Shown: positions 24,579-36,492 of the stretch, one piece after another | Layout: each line of letters begins with the position of its first letter | Numbering within the stretch: position 1 is the first letter of the stretch | Origin: Phoronis australis | Taxonomy: Eukaryota; Animalia; Phoronida | Length of the DNA stretch: 64,000 nucleotides | Reading direction: 5' to 3' | Assembly: GCA_002633005.1 (NCBI GenBank) | Contig: NMRA01000040.1 | Location: 17,362 to 81,361 of the forward strand | Program-made: the position numbers and the translations under genes | The notes under the pieces: model-generated | What the model was told of the DNA's origin: nothing | The model's input: the letters and a program-made list of their open reading frames with translations, nothing else | Database searches by the model: none

Positions 24579-24881
24579 TTGTAATAATCGTGACAGGATC
24601 GGTTCGAGAAGTATATGCCCCATTGTTGATGAACTTTCGAGAAACGTACACCTGATAAACGGTTCCGGGAGTCAATCCTCTGCAGCGCGCACTGTGTTCA
24701 ATCGAGGTACTGCTGACCTCTATTGAGTCGTTTTTCGCCCTCCCATTCATCTCAGAGGATTCGCAGTATATGTGGAAATCTGTAGTCTCGCTATTGTCTG
24801 TGACGTGCCATTGAACTTTCACGTGGTCTGAATCGTAGCTGCTGGCTTTGACACCAGTAACTTTATGTGAATCGTCAACGT
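24579..24881 (-). CDS. FN3-domain exon (type A), most 5' intact exon found
   Basis: 303 bp, atgacag|AC...ACAA|gtgagt, phase 1-1. HKVTGVKASSYDSDHVKVQWHV...DFHIYC...CRGLTPGTVYQVYVSRK. Confidence 0.88.
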
Positions 24882-25484
24882 CTGTCATGGAACGTAGTAG
24901 AAAACACATAAAACACTATTGTCTACCATTCATAGGATAGATGACGCAATCGGCGGCGATCAAGCATGAATAAAAGGCACAATGTTGGGTTAATTTAGCC
25001 AATTTTAAACAGTGCTTTTCTTGCGAGAATGCGTTTTTCTTTCGTTTTTGTTTTCGCAAAAATATGCAAGGTCAGTCATCCTCGACTTCTGTAGCTGTTT
25101 AATCAATTGACCTCCAGTTATAGCAGTAATCGCAATGTCACTTTGTCCGGTATGTAATGTAAGACTTCTGTACTCAGGTAATAGTTACTCAAAAAGGCAT
25201 TTGTTAACAGTTGTAATTCGCATGCTATCGGTTTTTCAAAGCGTGTTTGACCCTTTAGGAAATAGAGTTCTGTCAGTGTAATTATGTCGACTCCGCTGCA
25301 GAGGTCAATTCAAATTTTTTGAGACTCAGCGAGGGATTCAATCGGTCAAAGACTGGAAAAATTATAAACTTTTCAAAAACGATTTTAGGTTTACTTCTGA
25401 AATCATAGTACAATTTTTTAATTCATTTGGTTCACATTTCTAAGTCATTAATCATAATGTCAGATGAATCTGCCAAGAACTTCA

Positions 25485-25722
25485 AGGCCCGTTTCATCAA
25501 AGATCGTAAGTTTTGTTGTAATCAAGACGGTCGGAAGTACCGGTACGTTATTTAATCGGAGAAAAGGGCTAAACTTAATCATAACATGCGTTTTTTCATA
25601 TTCAAGTTAAAACGGTTACCCACACGAGCCACATAAATGAACTGTGGGGAAATGAAAACCGGGTTACAACCGTTTTAGCAAGACGGACCATGACGGACTT
25701 ACGACTTTCATGAAACGGGCCT
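25485..25722. mobile_element. MITE (Harbinger-like termini)
   Basis: aggcccgtttcatcaaagatcgtaagt...acttacgactttcatgaaacgggcct terminal inverted repeats. Confidence 0.75.
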
Positions 25723-26198
25723 CGGGTCTTTGGCGGTTTTACTTACACACATAGTTAACTTCAAAGGTCCTAGAAATAGGCGGGGTGCCTACAAGGCACG
25801 TATATCTGTCTTCTAATACTTGTTTGGCGTGCTTTGGTACGCTACCCAATAGTGTAAGTGACTGATCATACAAATCATAATGTTGTGCATCTCTGAAATA
25901 ATCAGACTACATTGTAAAGTACACGAGACCATGAAATCCATAGACATAGAGGCACAGATTGGTTATCACGTGACTCTGCTTGCGTACAGCGGGCAGTCAT
26001 CTCGGTGTGTGGAACTGTTCCTGCGACATCAACAAGGAAATTCGTTTCAAGAATTCCGTCTTAGCTAGGGCAAATCTTTAAATTAAGTCATTTTAGATAA
26101 AACTTAAAGTTGTCTTAAGTCCATTGAAAGAAAGGGGGTTTAGGCTTGTTGGTCTTAGCCAACACGGTTGTATCTTGCTAAATAATTCTATATGTTAC

Positions 26199-26446
26199 CT
26201 GTAGTAAAAATGCATATCCTTGGCTACCTTGTACAGACACTATTCTTCTACATGGCGAGTATGGAACAGTGGGAAGTGATGTCAACGGTCCGGCAAATAA
26301 CCAGAACATTGATTATGCGTTCACTTTTATCGACCAAACACGAATCACCTGCACAGAATATTTTGTAAGACATGAATGCAGGCTCAAGATGCTGGCCCTT
26401 CGGTGGGACTTTGACATCACCTTCTATTGTTCCATGGGAACAAAGT
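26199..26446 (-). pseudogene. Decayed FN3-like exon
   Basis: ttgtgcag|...TTTACTACAG|gtaac with a phase-1 donor. FMSYKIFC resembles the type-A Y..L.C strand. Two stops, and length is not a multiple of 3. Confidence 0.35.
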
Positions 26447-27799
26447 CTGCACAAGATTATCAGAGATATACATTTTTATTAAGGGAACATCAAGAATGGT
26501 CGCTTTCCCTTTTAACGTGGTTCATGAAGGTGCGCCTTTAATTTGAGCTTCAGTCATACTTACGTCCGTAACAATGTTTGATTCTTACAAAAATGCAGCG
26601 CCACCCACGCGAAGGCTGCGTTCCTACAACCGTCTTGGCTTTGATTAGGCTTATGACCTGGTCCCCGAATTATCGGATTTAAAGTGACATTACCACCGCA
26701 AATTCGAGCCTGGAATCTCCACGATCGCAGTCATACGCTCTACTATCGTGGGCCGTTCGGGTGAATGTGTGGCACGTAATTACGCTTGTAATTACGACCG
26801 AGACTTCGCTCGTGTTTTACGACCGTAATCAATATATCCAATGAAAAATTAGTCTGTAGGTCACGTGAGCCCTGAAGCAATTGTATGCCTGTAATTTTAC
26901 CCTCGTATTTTTCGCTCGTAACAACATAGCATGAGAAACGAGCAAAATAGAGCAAAACATCAGTACTGTTTTTTAAAAATCCACACCGCCACCTGGTGCT
27001 ATAACATCAAACTATTTTAATTACTAATGTCTACACCTTTTGATGCGTATAGTAAATGAATGATGGTTTTAGGTTTTCAGGATATTTCAAGTGAATGCGA
27101 ACGAGCATGATAATGATAAAAGATACTGCAGGCGGGTCCGCTTTAAAAATAAAATGGAGAGTACGGTTGACGTAATTGGTTATTTTTTGTGACTTGAAGA
27201 AGTCCCCAGCTAATTCAAAGCAATTAGCACCAGAAACCTCACTAAAGCTGATGCACGACAACTTAACTCCAAATGTCTAAGTTTGTATTCTACTCACTCA
27301 ACTAAAGGATCGTTTTGGGGTCCACGAATCCACTTGATTGCTGCACTGAGGTCGTCTGTCTCACAGTCGAGTGTAATGTCCGTGGTCCAAATATTCATGT
27401 CGAATTTTGTTTGCGCACTTGGATTCTGCCATGTCAAGCCTAGTCGTTGGGTGAAGAAACATCAGAAATGTGTGGCCAGATAGAATTGTCTGGGCGCTGC
27501 GTAAGCGATACGTTACACACCTTTGTGTTAAAGAAACATCGGCGACTTTAAACCGACTCGGCATGCTTCGGCGTTTATTGAAGCACCATCATCAAAAGAA
27601 AAAGCAGTGGCCACCTTGCTAGGCCCAACAACAAGTACATGTAATTATACACAGACACAATCAGTTACAGGGGAGATCTTGTGTTTAAAGTCTGGACCAT
27701 ATAGGCCAACTCTGGTCAATTTGGTGGAGGTAACCATAACGTTAGGTGTAGTTAAAGTTGCATACCATCCTGTTTAGGTGGCCAAAAACGAAAATCGAG

Positions 27800-28600
27800 T
27801 TACGTATGGCCAAATCTATACTAAAACGAGCGATCGTGCCGCACCGAACACCGAATGGCTCATGACAAGCAAATCGCACTCTGTAAAGGGTACGCCAGAA
27901 ACCTCAAAAGGACACCCCAAAATGACAGCTCATACAATCGAAGTACCACAAAAATTAATTCCATATGATTCAATACATTCCAATGACCACTAATTTACTC
28001 ATAACAAACAAAATACACTCTGGGTTGTGACTGCCAGAAGCCTCAAAAATTATTTAAAATGGCATACCATTGAAAATTTGGGCTAGATTAAATATTCAAG
28101 ATACCCTTCAACCTAATAATTTAAATCGAACAATCGTGTTGCGTTGAACACCGAATGATCCACGACAGAAACCCAAAAAACAACCCCCAAAAATGAGCTA
28201 GCTCATGCATTAGAGGTACCGCAAAAAACTAATTCCATATGATTAAGTACACGCCACTGGTCACTAAATGGCCTATAACTGACAAACTACTCTGGATTGT
28301 GGCCACCAGAAACTCACAAAAATCTCAACCAAGGTATGCCACTGATCATTTGATCTAGATTATATATTCGAGATACTGGTCAAAACTAATTTAAAAAGAA
28401 TTATCGTGAAGCACTGTGTACCGAATGGCCCAATACAGACAGACCGCAATCTGCAGTACTTCCGCCAAAAAACAAACACAAAAATGAGCTAGCTCAGGCA
28501 TTCGAGTTGCCACAAAATCAGTTCTACACTATTCAATGCATGTCACTGACCACTAAATGTCCTAAGACAGACAAAATACACCCTGTGTTGTGCCCACTAG
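27800..28600 (+). repeat. Degenerate ~270-300 bp tandem units (about 3 copies)
   Basis: Recurring atcgtg..gc....aacaccgaatg / aaaatgagctagctca / tccatatgatt / ctagatta.atattc blocks. The same family appears reverse-complemented at 35230-36670. Confidence 0.75.
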
Positions 28601-30186
28601 ACATCCCACATTCTACATGGGATGGGCTATTCGAAACACACAATGGGTAATAAAACAATTATCTTCTACGCCAGGACCATAAACTCTTGTTAAACCGTGT
28701 TTACTTCCTCTGGCCAACTGGGACTGTAGTATTACCAAGAGCAGGATTTACAAAGAATTACTGCCAATGGCCTTGTATGTGAGTGTAATTCCTGGTAATG
28801 GACCAGATCGTGGGAGAAAAACACTCGTTGTATTCCATGGTGTCAACTGTGTTCCCTTTATTACAACGCTATCATGCCAGTTGATCATTCACCAGAACTC
28901 TAAGTTTCTATAGCAGGGACAATTTTAGGAGCGCGCCCCGCGTCATTTGCGCATGAAAACTGAATTGACGGACTGTGATTGATTTACTCGTGCAAACAGG
29001 AGCACTAAATCTGTAACAGTTTTGCCTCATTTTGTCTTGAATAATATCCATTGAATTCAGATTACTACAATGCAGAACAGTTGATCAAAATGTCAATTTT
29101 AGCTTTTTGATTTTAGCTATATATGGTATACCATACTGCAAAAATGCAGATCCCAATTGTGGATTTATGTGTATAGTTACCTTTAATGCAGATAGCCGTT
29201 CAGACCGATCACTAACGCATAATGTACTGGGGTAGCGAACGGGATCACGTATATTTAAAAGCCACTCTTCACAAATCGAACAGAAAAGGGGCGACAAACA
29301 TTTGACTAACGTGACCTATAAGTCCTAAAAATTGGTCCATAGGCTTGAAGCTAAGTGAGTCAATTGACTCACAGCCAAGTTTTTCTAAAATGATCCCTGT
29401 CCTCAAGAGGTCGCCACCTTTCTTGCCTTCCACCAGCGCCTCTGACACGGATGTTATTGCAATCCTCATTGGAATGATAGCAGGACAAATGTAGAGCGTT
29501 AGAGGAATAGGTTTCAGTCAAACGTGTAATAATGAAGGATGTGTTTGGTAATAACCGCAGACGTAAAGACGTCTTCTCCATTCTTCAGGCTTTGGAGTCT
29601 ATGCAACATGTTCTTGCTAAAGCATTTGCCCGGTCTACATGCAATGAAAGCGTGTGACGTCACAGCAGGAGTGACCAGGAAACAAGCTGGAGTAACGAAT
29701 CTGACAGTGAAACATAAAAACCAACAATTATGAAACTACAATAAGCATGAATAAGCATGATGTCATCGTCGGACACTTGACAGTGATTTTAACGTGTCGG
29801 TTAATACAAGGATACGTGTTTATAGGTTTGGCGTGACAGTGTTGTGCTGGCTAGTTCTAGTCCTAGTTCATTTTGATTAAAGATCAACATTTCTGAAAAC
29901 ACAAATTGTTTTTCTTTAAAAATGTTGACTAGTAGCCAATGGAAAGAAAGGAATCATAGGAAAATATTTTTATGATTCCTCGATCTAGTACAAATTTAAG
30001 GGTCATGTTTTCACCCTGGAGTGTCTTTCCAGCTAACAGTTTTGATAGCCTATTATACTATGGGCTGACTGTTTGACAGTCTCTGATAAATTCGAGGTTT
30101 ATCAGGCGTTTTCCAAAATGCTTACTTTATGTCATCGCCCATTCAACGTGTGTGTTTTGTATAGGCAAAGACGATACAGTCTCTGG

Positions 30187-30316
30187 TGTAGTGTCCTTAT
30201 GCACCGATAGGTGTCACTGTACGTTAAGCGGCCTTTCGGTCAACCATGTTTTACTGAATAGAAGCACGTTTTATCAACACAACAAATTATAATTGTGATA
30301 AACTCGCAATTCCACA
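30187..30316 (+). repeat. 5' LTR (130 bp)
   Basis: TGTAG...TTCCACA, matching 34386-34502. Confidence 0.92.
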
Positions 30317-30317
30317 T

Positions 30318-30327
30318 TGGCGACGAG
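30318..30327 (+). promoter_or_regulatory. Primer-binding site, tRNA-Ser(GCU)
   Basis: TGGCGACGAG one base after the LTR, complementary to the ...CUCGUCGCCA 3' end of eukaryotic tRNA-Ser(GCU). Confidence 0.8.
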
Positions 30328-30340
30328 CGATTAATGGACT

Positions 30341-33300
30341 ATGGCAGGTATAAGCTTACCAACATTTCCATCATTTAGCGTGGAAGAGAACCAAGCAGGC
30401 GTAAAATGGGAAAAATGGTCAGCGAGATTTGAGAGACTCATGACAGGCCTCGGTCTCACAGAAAACACGCGGAAGCGAGCTCTGTTACTACACTATGCGA
30501 GACCGGAGGTGAATGAGATCTTCGAGACCCTACAGGATACAGGCGAGGACAATCATGGCTATATCTCAGCTATGACTAAGTTAACTGAATATTTCAAACC
30601 AAAAAAAGAACATTGCTTTCAAGATTTATACATTTCGGTCTTGCAAGCAGAACAGTGGTGAAACGATAGACTCGTATGTAACTCGTCTAAGACAACTGGC
30701 CCAAACGTGTGAGTTCACGGACGTTGATCGAGAGATATGTAGCCAATTTATCGCCGGCTGTAGATCAACCACGCTGCGAAGGAAAGCTCTGCGTGATGAC
30801 TGCGACTTGGCCAAACTGTTAGAAACTGCCCGTGCTTATGAACTGAGTAAACGGCAAGCAGCATCTCTGGAGTCGGACGAACCGGTGGCGAGGGCACCTG
30901 ATAGTGCTGCTAACTTCGTGAAAACTAACACGAAAACATGTGGGCACTGTGGTGGCAAGTGGCAATCGCGAAAAGAAGGACTGTCCTGCGACAAACAAAA
31001 ACTGCAACAATTGTGGCAAACAAGGACACTACGCGCGAGTTTGCCGTCAGACTCGAGTACCGTTGTGCCGACAAAACCTAAGACATGGCCAACAAGCCCA
31101 TGCTCGACGTGGGACAGCGAACACAGCAAACTACATGGCTGATGAACCGGCACACGAGGACGATTATGCATCACAAGAGGAAAGTTATGCATTTACCATG
31201 AACTCTAACAATAAGTTTGATATGTGTAACGGTTTGCTTGGTGAGAAGTCAGTTGTAAGTATGCTCATTGACTCTGGTACTACGGTCAACATTATTGATC
31301 AGAACACTTATGACTCACTGTTTGCTAGTGAACCAAGATTTGCTCTCAATGAACCCGGCACAAATGTATTCACTTACGGCTCACATAAGCCAATACCCCT
31401 AATTGGTTTCTTTGAAACTTGATGATAACTTGTCAGAGCAACAATGTTTGGTGTGGGGGTAAGGTTTATGTAACTACCTTACAAAGGTTCGGTAATCTTC
31501 TGAGCCGTCTCACTGCTATGCAACTTGGTGTTTTGCAAATCATCAATCATGTTGAGTCCCCCTTGTCTAGTTTCAGTGACTTGTTTGAAGGCATCGGAAA
31601 GCTGAGAGGCAAACAAGTCCGCCTGCACATTGACCGCTCTGTACAGCCTAGACAGCAGCCACATCGTCGAATTCCCTTCCATGTCAGAAAAGAAGTAGAA
31701 GCAGAACTGTCGCGTCTAGAAAAAGCTGATGTCATTGAGAAGGTGGATGGACCAACTCCCTGGGTGTGTACGATAGTCGTAGTTCCAAAGACAAAAACTG
31801 ACCAGGTGAGGATCTGTGTCGACATGCGTGAGGCCAACAAGGCAATCCGTCGTGAACGACATATCATACCAACACTTGATGACCTCGTTCATGACCTAAA
31901 TGGTTCAACAGTGTTTAGTACTCTCGACTTAAACTCTGCATACCACCAACTTGAACTTGCCCCTGAAAGCAGGTATATTACAACGTTCAGCACGCATGTA
32001 GGTCCTCGAGGATATAAGCGATTGTTCTTTGGCATAAATGCTGCCAGTGAGATATTCCAGAATGCTGTAGTCGAGCTGCTGACAGATCTACCTGGATGTC
32101 CGACGACATAATAGTTTATGGACCGACACAGTCTGAGCACTACACTAGCCTGAAAAGAGTTTTGCAGCGTTTGAAAGACAACGGCCTACGACTGAACCCA
32201 GCGAAATGTCGTTTCAAAACACCTCGGGTGACGTTCTATGGACACACGTTCAGCTCAGAGGGTCTGCAACCACAACCACGAAAGATAGAAACGTTTTGTC
32301 AAATTCAAAGCCCGACCAATGCTGGTGAGGTTAGATCGCTGCAAGGAATGGCACAGTACATGTCACGGTTCATGCCTGATTAGGCCAACATCACGGCTCC
32401 GCTGCGAGAGCTCACTTGCAAAAACGCCCAGTGGGTTTGGAATTCCTGTCACGAAGATGCACTGACATCACTCAAGAAGGCCCTGACTAGTGCTCCAGTT
32501 ATTGCATACTTCGATCCATCTAAGGCGTCAGAGTTGATTGTCGATACCGGACCTAAGGGACTCTCTGCAATCCTCGCACAGGATGGTCGTGTAATCAATT
32601 ACGGCAGCAGAAGCTTAACCGATGTCGAAAGCAGATACTCACAAACCGAAAAAGAAATGCTGGCTGTTGTATGGGGAGTTGAACTCTACCACCTGTACTT
32701 GTTTGGATCGAAATTCAAAATCTACACAGATCACAAGCCATTGCTTGGCATCTTCAACAACATGAAAACACAGTCTATACGACTGTTTCCCTACAACTAT
32801 GAGGTGGTATACCGTCCCGGACCAGACGAGAACAACCCGGCTGACTTTCTCAGCAGACACCCATTGCAAACCATTGTACACCAATCCGTAGCCGAGGATT
32901 ATGTCAACTATGTATGCTGGAATGCTGTACCGAAGGCGATGATGTTGGCAGAAATCCGTCGTGAGACTGCTCTTGACCACAGCTTACAAAGACTTACCAA
33001 GGCCATTGAGACAGGATATTGGCCCAAGAGCGATGATTGCCTACAACGCTACGTGATGGTCAAGTGTCACCTATTGGTTCACGATGGCATCGTGCTCAAA
33101 GGCTCGAAATTCGTTCCCGAAACTTTTCGTTACAAAGCTTTTGATCTTGTCCATGTAGTACACCAAGGGATTGCCAAGACTACGAAACTGTTGCGCGAGA
33201 AAGTCTGGTTTCCCAAAATCGACAAGATGGTGGAAGACCGAGTAGGTCAATGTCTGTCATGTCAGGCTAACACAAACCGTTCAGAAAGGCGTGAACCATT

Positions 33301-34250
33301 GGTGATGACAGAACTTCCCCAAGGACCGTGGCAAGAAATTGCTGTAGATTTCTTTGAACCAATTCCGGGTACAGGTGAATGCCTTCTAGTTGTGATCGAC
33401 GAATACAGTCGCTATCCTGAAGTTGAGGTAGTATCGACAACGTCAACTAAAGCAGTAATTCCCAAACTTGATGCGATATTTGCTAGAAAAGGTATTCCCC
33501 TCGTTGTCAAAAGTGACACCGGCCCACCATTTAACGGGAAAGAATTCGCCCAGTTTGCCAACTATCTAGGTTTTCGCCATCGCAAAGTAACACCTCTACA
33601 CCCAGAAGCCAAGGGTGAAGTATAGAGGTTTATGCAGTCCGTAGGCAAACAAGCCAGAATCGCTCATCAGGAGGGTAAGAGTAGGACCCAGGAGTTGATA
33701 AAGTTCTTGCGGCAATACAGAGCGACCACTCACTCCACCACCGGATTATCCCCATTTGAAGCTCTATATGGAAGACCAATGAGGACACAATTGCCCCAGT
33801 TACTTACACCGATGCCTGATGAAGAGATGCGAAGAAGAGATGCTCTCAACAAACACAAATGAAACAGTATGCTGATTCACGTCGTGGTGCTCGCGACTCC
33901 AGTGTGAAAAGAGGAGACACCGTCCTAGTACGACAGCAAGGAGGCAAGCTGACACAACCATTCAACCCTACTCCTCTACAGGTGTTTGAGAGAAAGGGCA
34001 GCATGATTACGGCAGAGCAAGACGGGAAAACTGTGACACGCAACGTTTCTCACTTTAAGCGGATTGCGTCGGAGCATTTCACGGAATCGGAGAACCGTGA
34101 TATTGATGTAGAACAGCCGTGTCAGTTACCAAGCCCGAGCCAGATACTCAAAATGAATCTGGTACCGCACATGCGTCAGTTCGCCGTTCTGGTCGAAATC
34201 GCAAAGCTCCCGGCTGGATGCAGGATTATGTTTCTCAGTAGTCGAAGTTA
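30341..34250 (+). pseudogene. Disrupted gag-pol polyprotein
   Basis: Gag (WEKWSARFE, RALLLHY); zinc knuckle CNNCGKQGHYARVC; protease LIDSGT; RT (RICVDMR, LDLNSAYHQL, DDII); RNase H (YSQTEKEMLAVVWG, TDHKPL); integrase (HQGI..CLSC, DEYSRYP, SDTGPPF). Multiple frameshifts and stops (e.g. TAG at 32381 and 33623). Confidence 0.95.
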
Positions 34251-34385
34251 AGGTGTTATGTTCAGTAGTGTTTTAACAAGTTTTTAGATAGCCCACGACT
34301 TGATGTTAGTTAGCCTGTTGATTGATCTTGTTTAGTATCTTCACTAAGCTATTTTATAAATATGCATGTTTAAGTTTGAGAGGGA

Positions 34386-34502
34386 TGTAGGTGTCACTGT
34401 ACGTTAAGCGGCCTTCCGGTCAACCATGTTTTATTCGATAGAAGCACGTTTTATCAACACAACAAATCTTTATTATGATTGTGATAAACTCGCAATTCCA
34501 CA
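34386..34502 (+). repeat. 3' LTR (117 bp)
   Basis: TGTAGGTGTCACTG...TTCCACA after the PPT; lacks a 19-bp segment present in the 5' LTR. Confidence 0.92.
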
Positions 34503-34905
34503 TCTGGTATAAGCAAGAAACCGGCAGTTGCCGATAGGTGACTTTCCGCAACTAAAAGGTCAGACATAGGAAATCTCCGCCAAAAGTCGAGTGTTCGTTG
34601 TGCTTCAACCAAGAGTAGCGCAAAGTGCCAAGATCAAACACAAGATACGCCAGTTATTGCAAAAACAACTGTAAGTTCTAGTTTAGGTAATAAAATGAGC
34701 TACAAGAAGAAGGAGAATACACATAAGTGGAAGGCCGATTTTAGTAACTTCAATCATTTCATTTTTTTTACTTTGACAAAGGAGTTGCTTGTTCATACTG
34801 GACATTTTATATTCCACCGGCATGTAAGCGAAAGCACAATTGAAACCCGGCGTGTTAACTATTTAGCCTCCTTGAATTCAGAGTTTTCCTGATTGTTTTG
34901 GAAAT

Positions 34906-36492
34906 TTGGTCGCCAATTTACGTCTCGGACGATTTAATGGGATCAGGGGAACTTAAGGCTTCGGAGGTTTATGAAATACCAGTCTCAGGGAGGTGCACGG
35001 AGATCTTATTTGAAATTGGGACAACTGAAGTTGAGTGCCTATGCTCGGCAAAGCTTTATTATCCAACCTATATGTTTCTTATATGGTTGAGTCATCGAAA
35101 AATTCATCTGCCTATGGTTTTAACAGGATCTCGGATATCTAAGGTAGCACAAATTTCCAGCAACAGGCTGTACACAGCCCTTAGAGTGTATTATGTCTGC
35201 CGTGCCCTTCAGTGTTCAGAGCGATACGATTTTTTTTTTGTTTTTTTTTTATTAAATTAGTGTTGACCGGTACCTAAAATATATAATCTAGCTCAAATTT
35301 TCACGGGAATGCCGTGGTTGAGATTTTTGGAGGTTTCTGGTGGGCACAACCCAATGTGTAATTTGTCTGTCATAGGCAATTTCGTGACCAGTGGCAAGAA
35401 TTGAATCACATGGAATTATTTCTGTGCTACATCAAATATATGAGTTAGCTCATTTTGGAGGCCTTTTTGGCAGACCCCTACCAGAATGTTGTTTGTCTGC
35501 CAAGATTCATTCGGTTTTCAATACTTCAAAATTGTTCGTTTTAAATCAGTTTTGACCGTTACTTCGAATATCTAATCTAGCTCAAAATTTTATTGGATTG
35601 CCGTTTTAAGGATGTTTGAGAGTTTCTGGCGGGAACAGCCCAGAGTGTATTTGTCTGTCATAGGGAATTTAGCGGCCAGTTGCATGTATTGATTTATATN
35701 TTGGTCGCCAATTTACGTCTCGGACGATTTAATGGGATCAGGGGAACTTAAGGCTTCGGAGGTTTATGAAATACCAGTCTCAGGGAGGTGCACGGAGATC
35801 TTATTTGAAATTGGGACAACTGAAGTTGAGTGCCTATGCTCGGCAAAGCTTTATTATCCAACCTATATGTTTCTTATATGGTTGAGTCATCGAAAAATTC
35901 ATCTGCCTATGGTTTTAACAGGATCTCGGATATCTAAGGTAGCACAAATTTCCAGCAACAGGCTGTACACAGCCCTTAGAGTGTATTATGTCTGCCGTGC
36001 CCTTCAGTGTTCAGAGCGATACGATTTTTTTTGTTTTTTTTTTATTAAATTAGTGTTGACCGGTACCTAAAATATATAATCTAGCTCAAATTTTCACGGG
36101 AATGCCGTGGTTGAGATTTTTGGAGGTTTCTAGTGGGTACAACCCAATGTGTAATTTGTCTGTCATAGGCAATTTCGTGACCAGTGGCAAGAATTGAAAC
36201 ACATGGAATTATTTCTGTGCTACATCAAATATATGAGTTAACTCATTTTGGAGGCCTTTTTGGCAGACCCCTACCAGAATGCTGTTTGTCTGCCAAGATT
36301 CATTCGGTTTTCAATACTTCAAAATTGTTCGTTTTAAATCAGTTTTGACCGTTACTTCGAATATCTAATCTAGCTCAAAATTTTATTGGATTGCCGTTTT
36401 TAGGATGTTTGAGAGTTTCTGGCGGGAACAGCCCAGAGTGTATTTGTCTGTCATAGGGAATTTAGCGGCCAGTTGCATGTATTGATTTATAT
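34906..36492. other. Near-identical ~793 bp direct duplication around the N at 35700 (probable assembly artefact)
   Basis: 34906-35699 equals 35701-36492 apart from a few substitutions and poly-T length changes; the breakpoint is exactly the N. Confidence 0.85.

Larger units (their letters stand above)
30187..34502 (+). mobile_element. Full-length decayed Gypsy/Ty3 LTR retrotransposon (Mag-type), 4316 bp
   Basis: TCTGG TSD at 30182-30186 and 34503-34507; TG..CA LTRs; PBS; PPT gagaggga at 34378-34385; domain order gag-PR-RT-RH-IN. Confidence 0.96.

Noticed and set aside
34906-36492. Tandem duplicated ORFs (34898-35260 and 35732-36070) as a recent gene duplication
   Set aside because: The duplication breaks exactly at an N, consistent with overlapping contig or haplotype ends, and the ORFs lie in non-coding transposon sequence.
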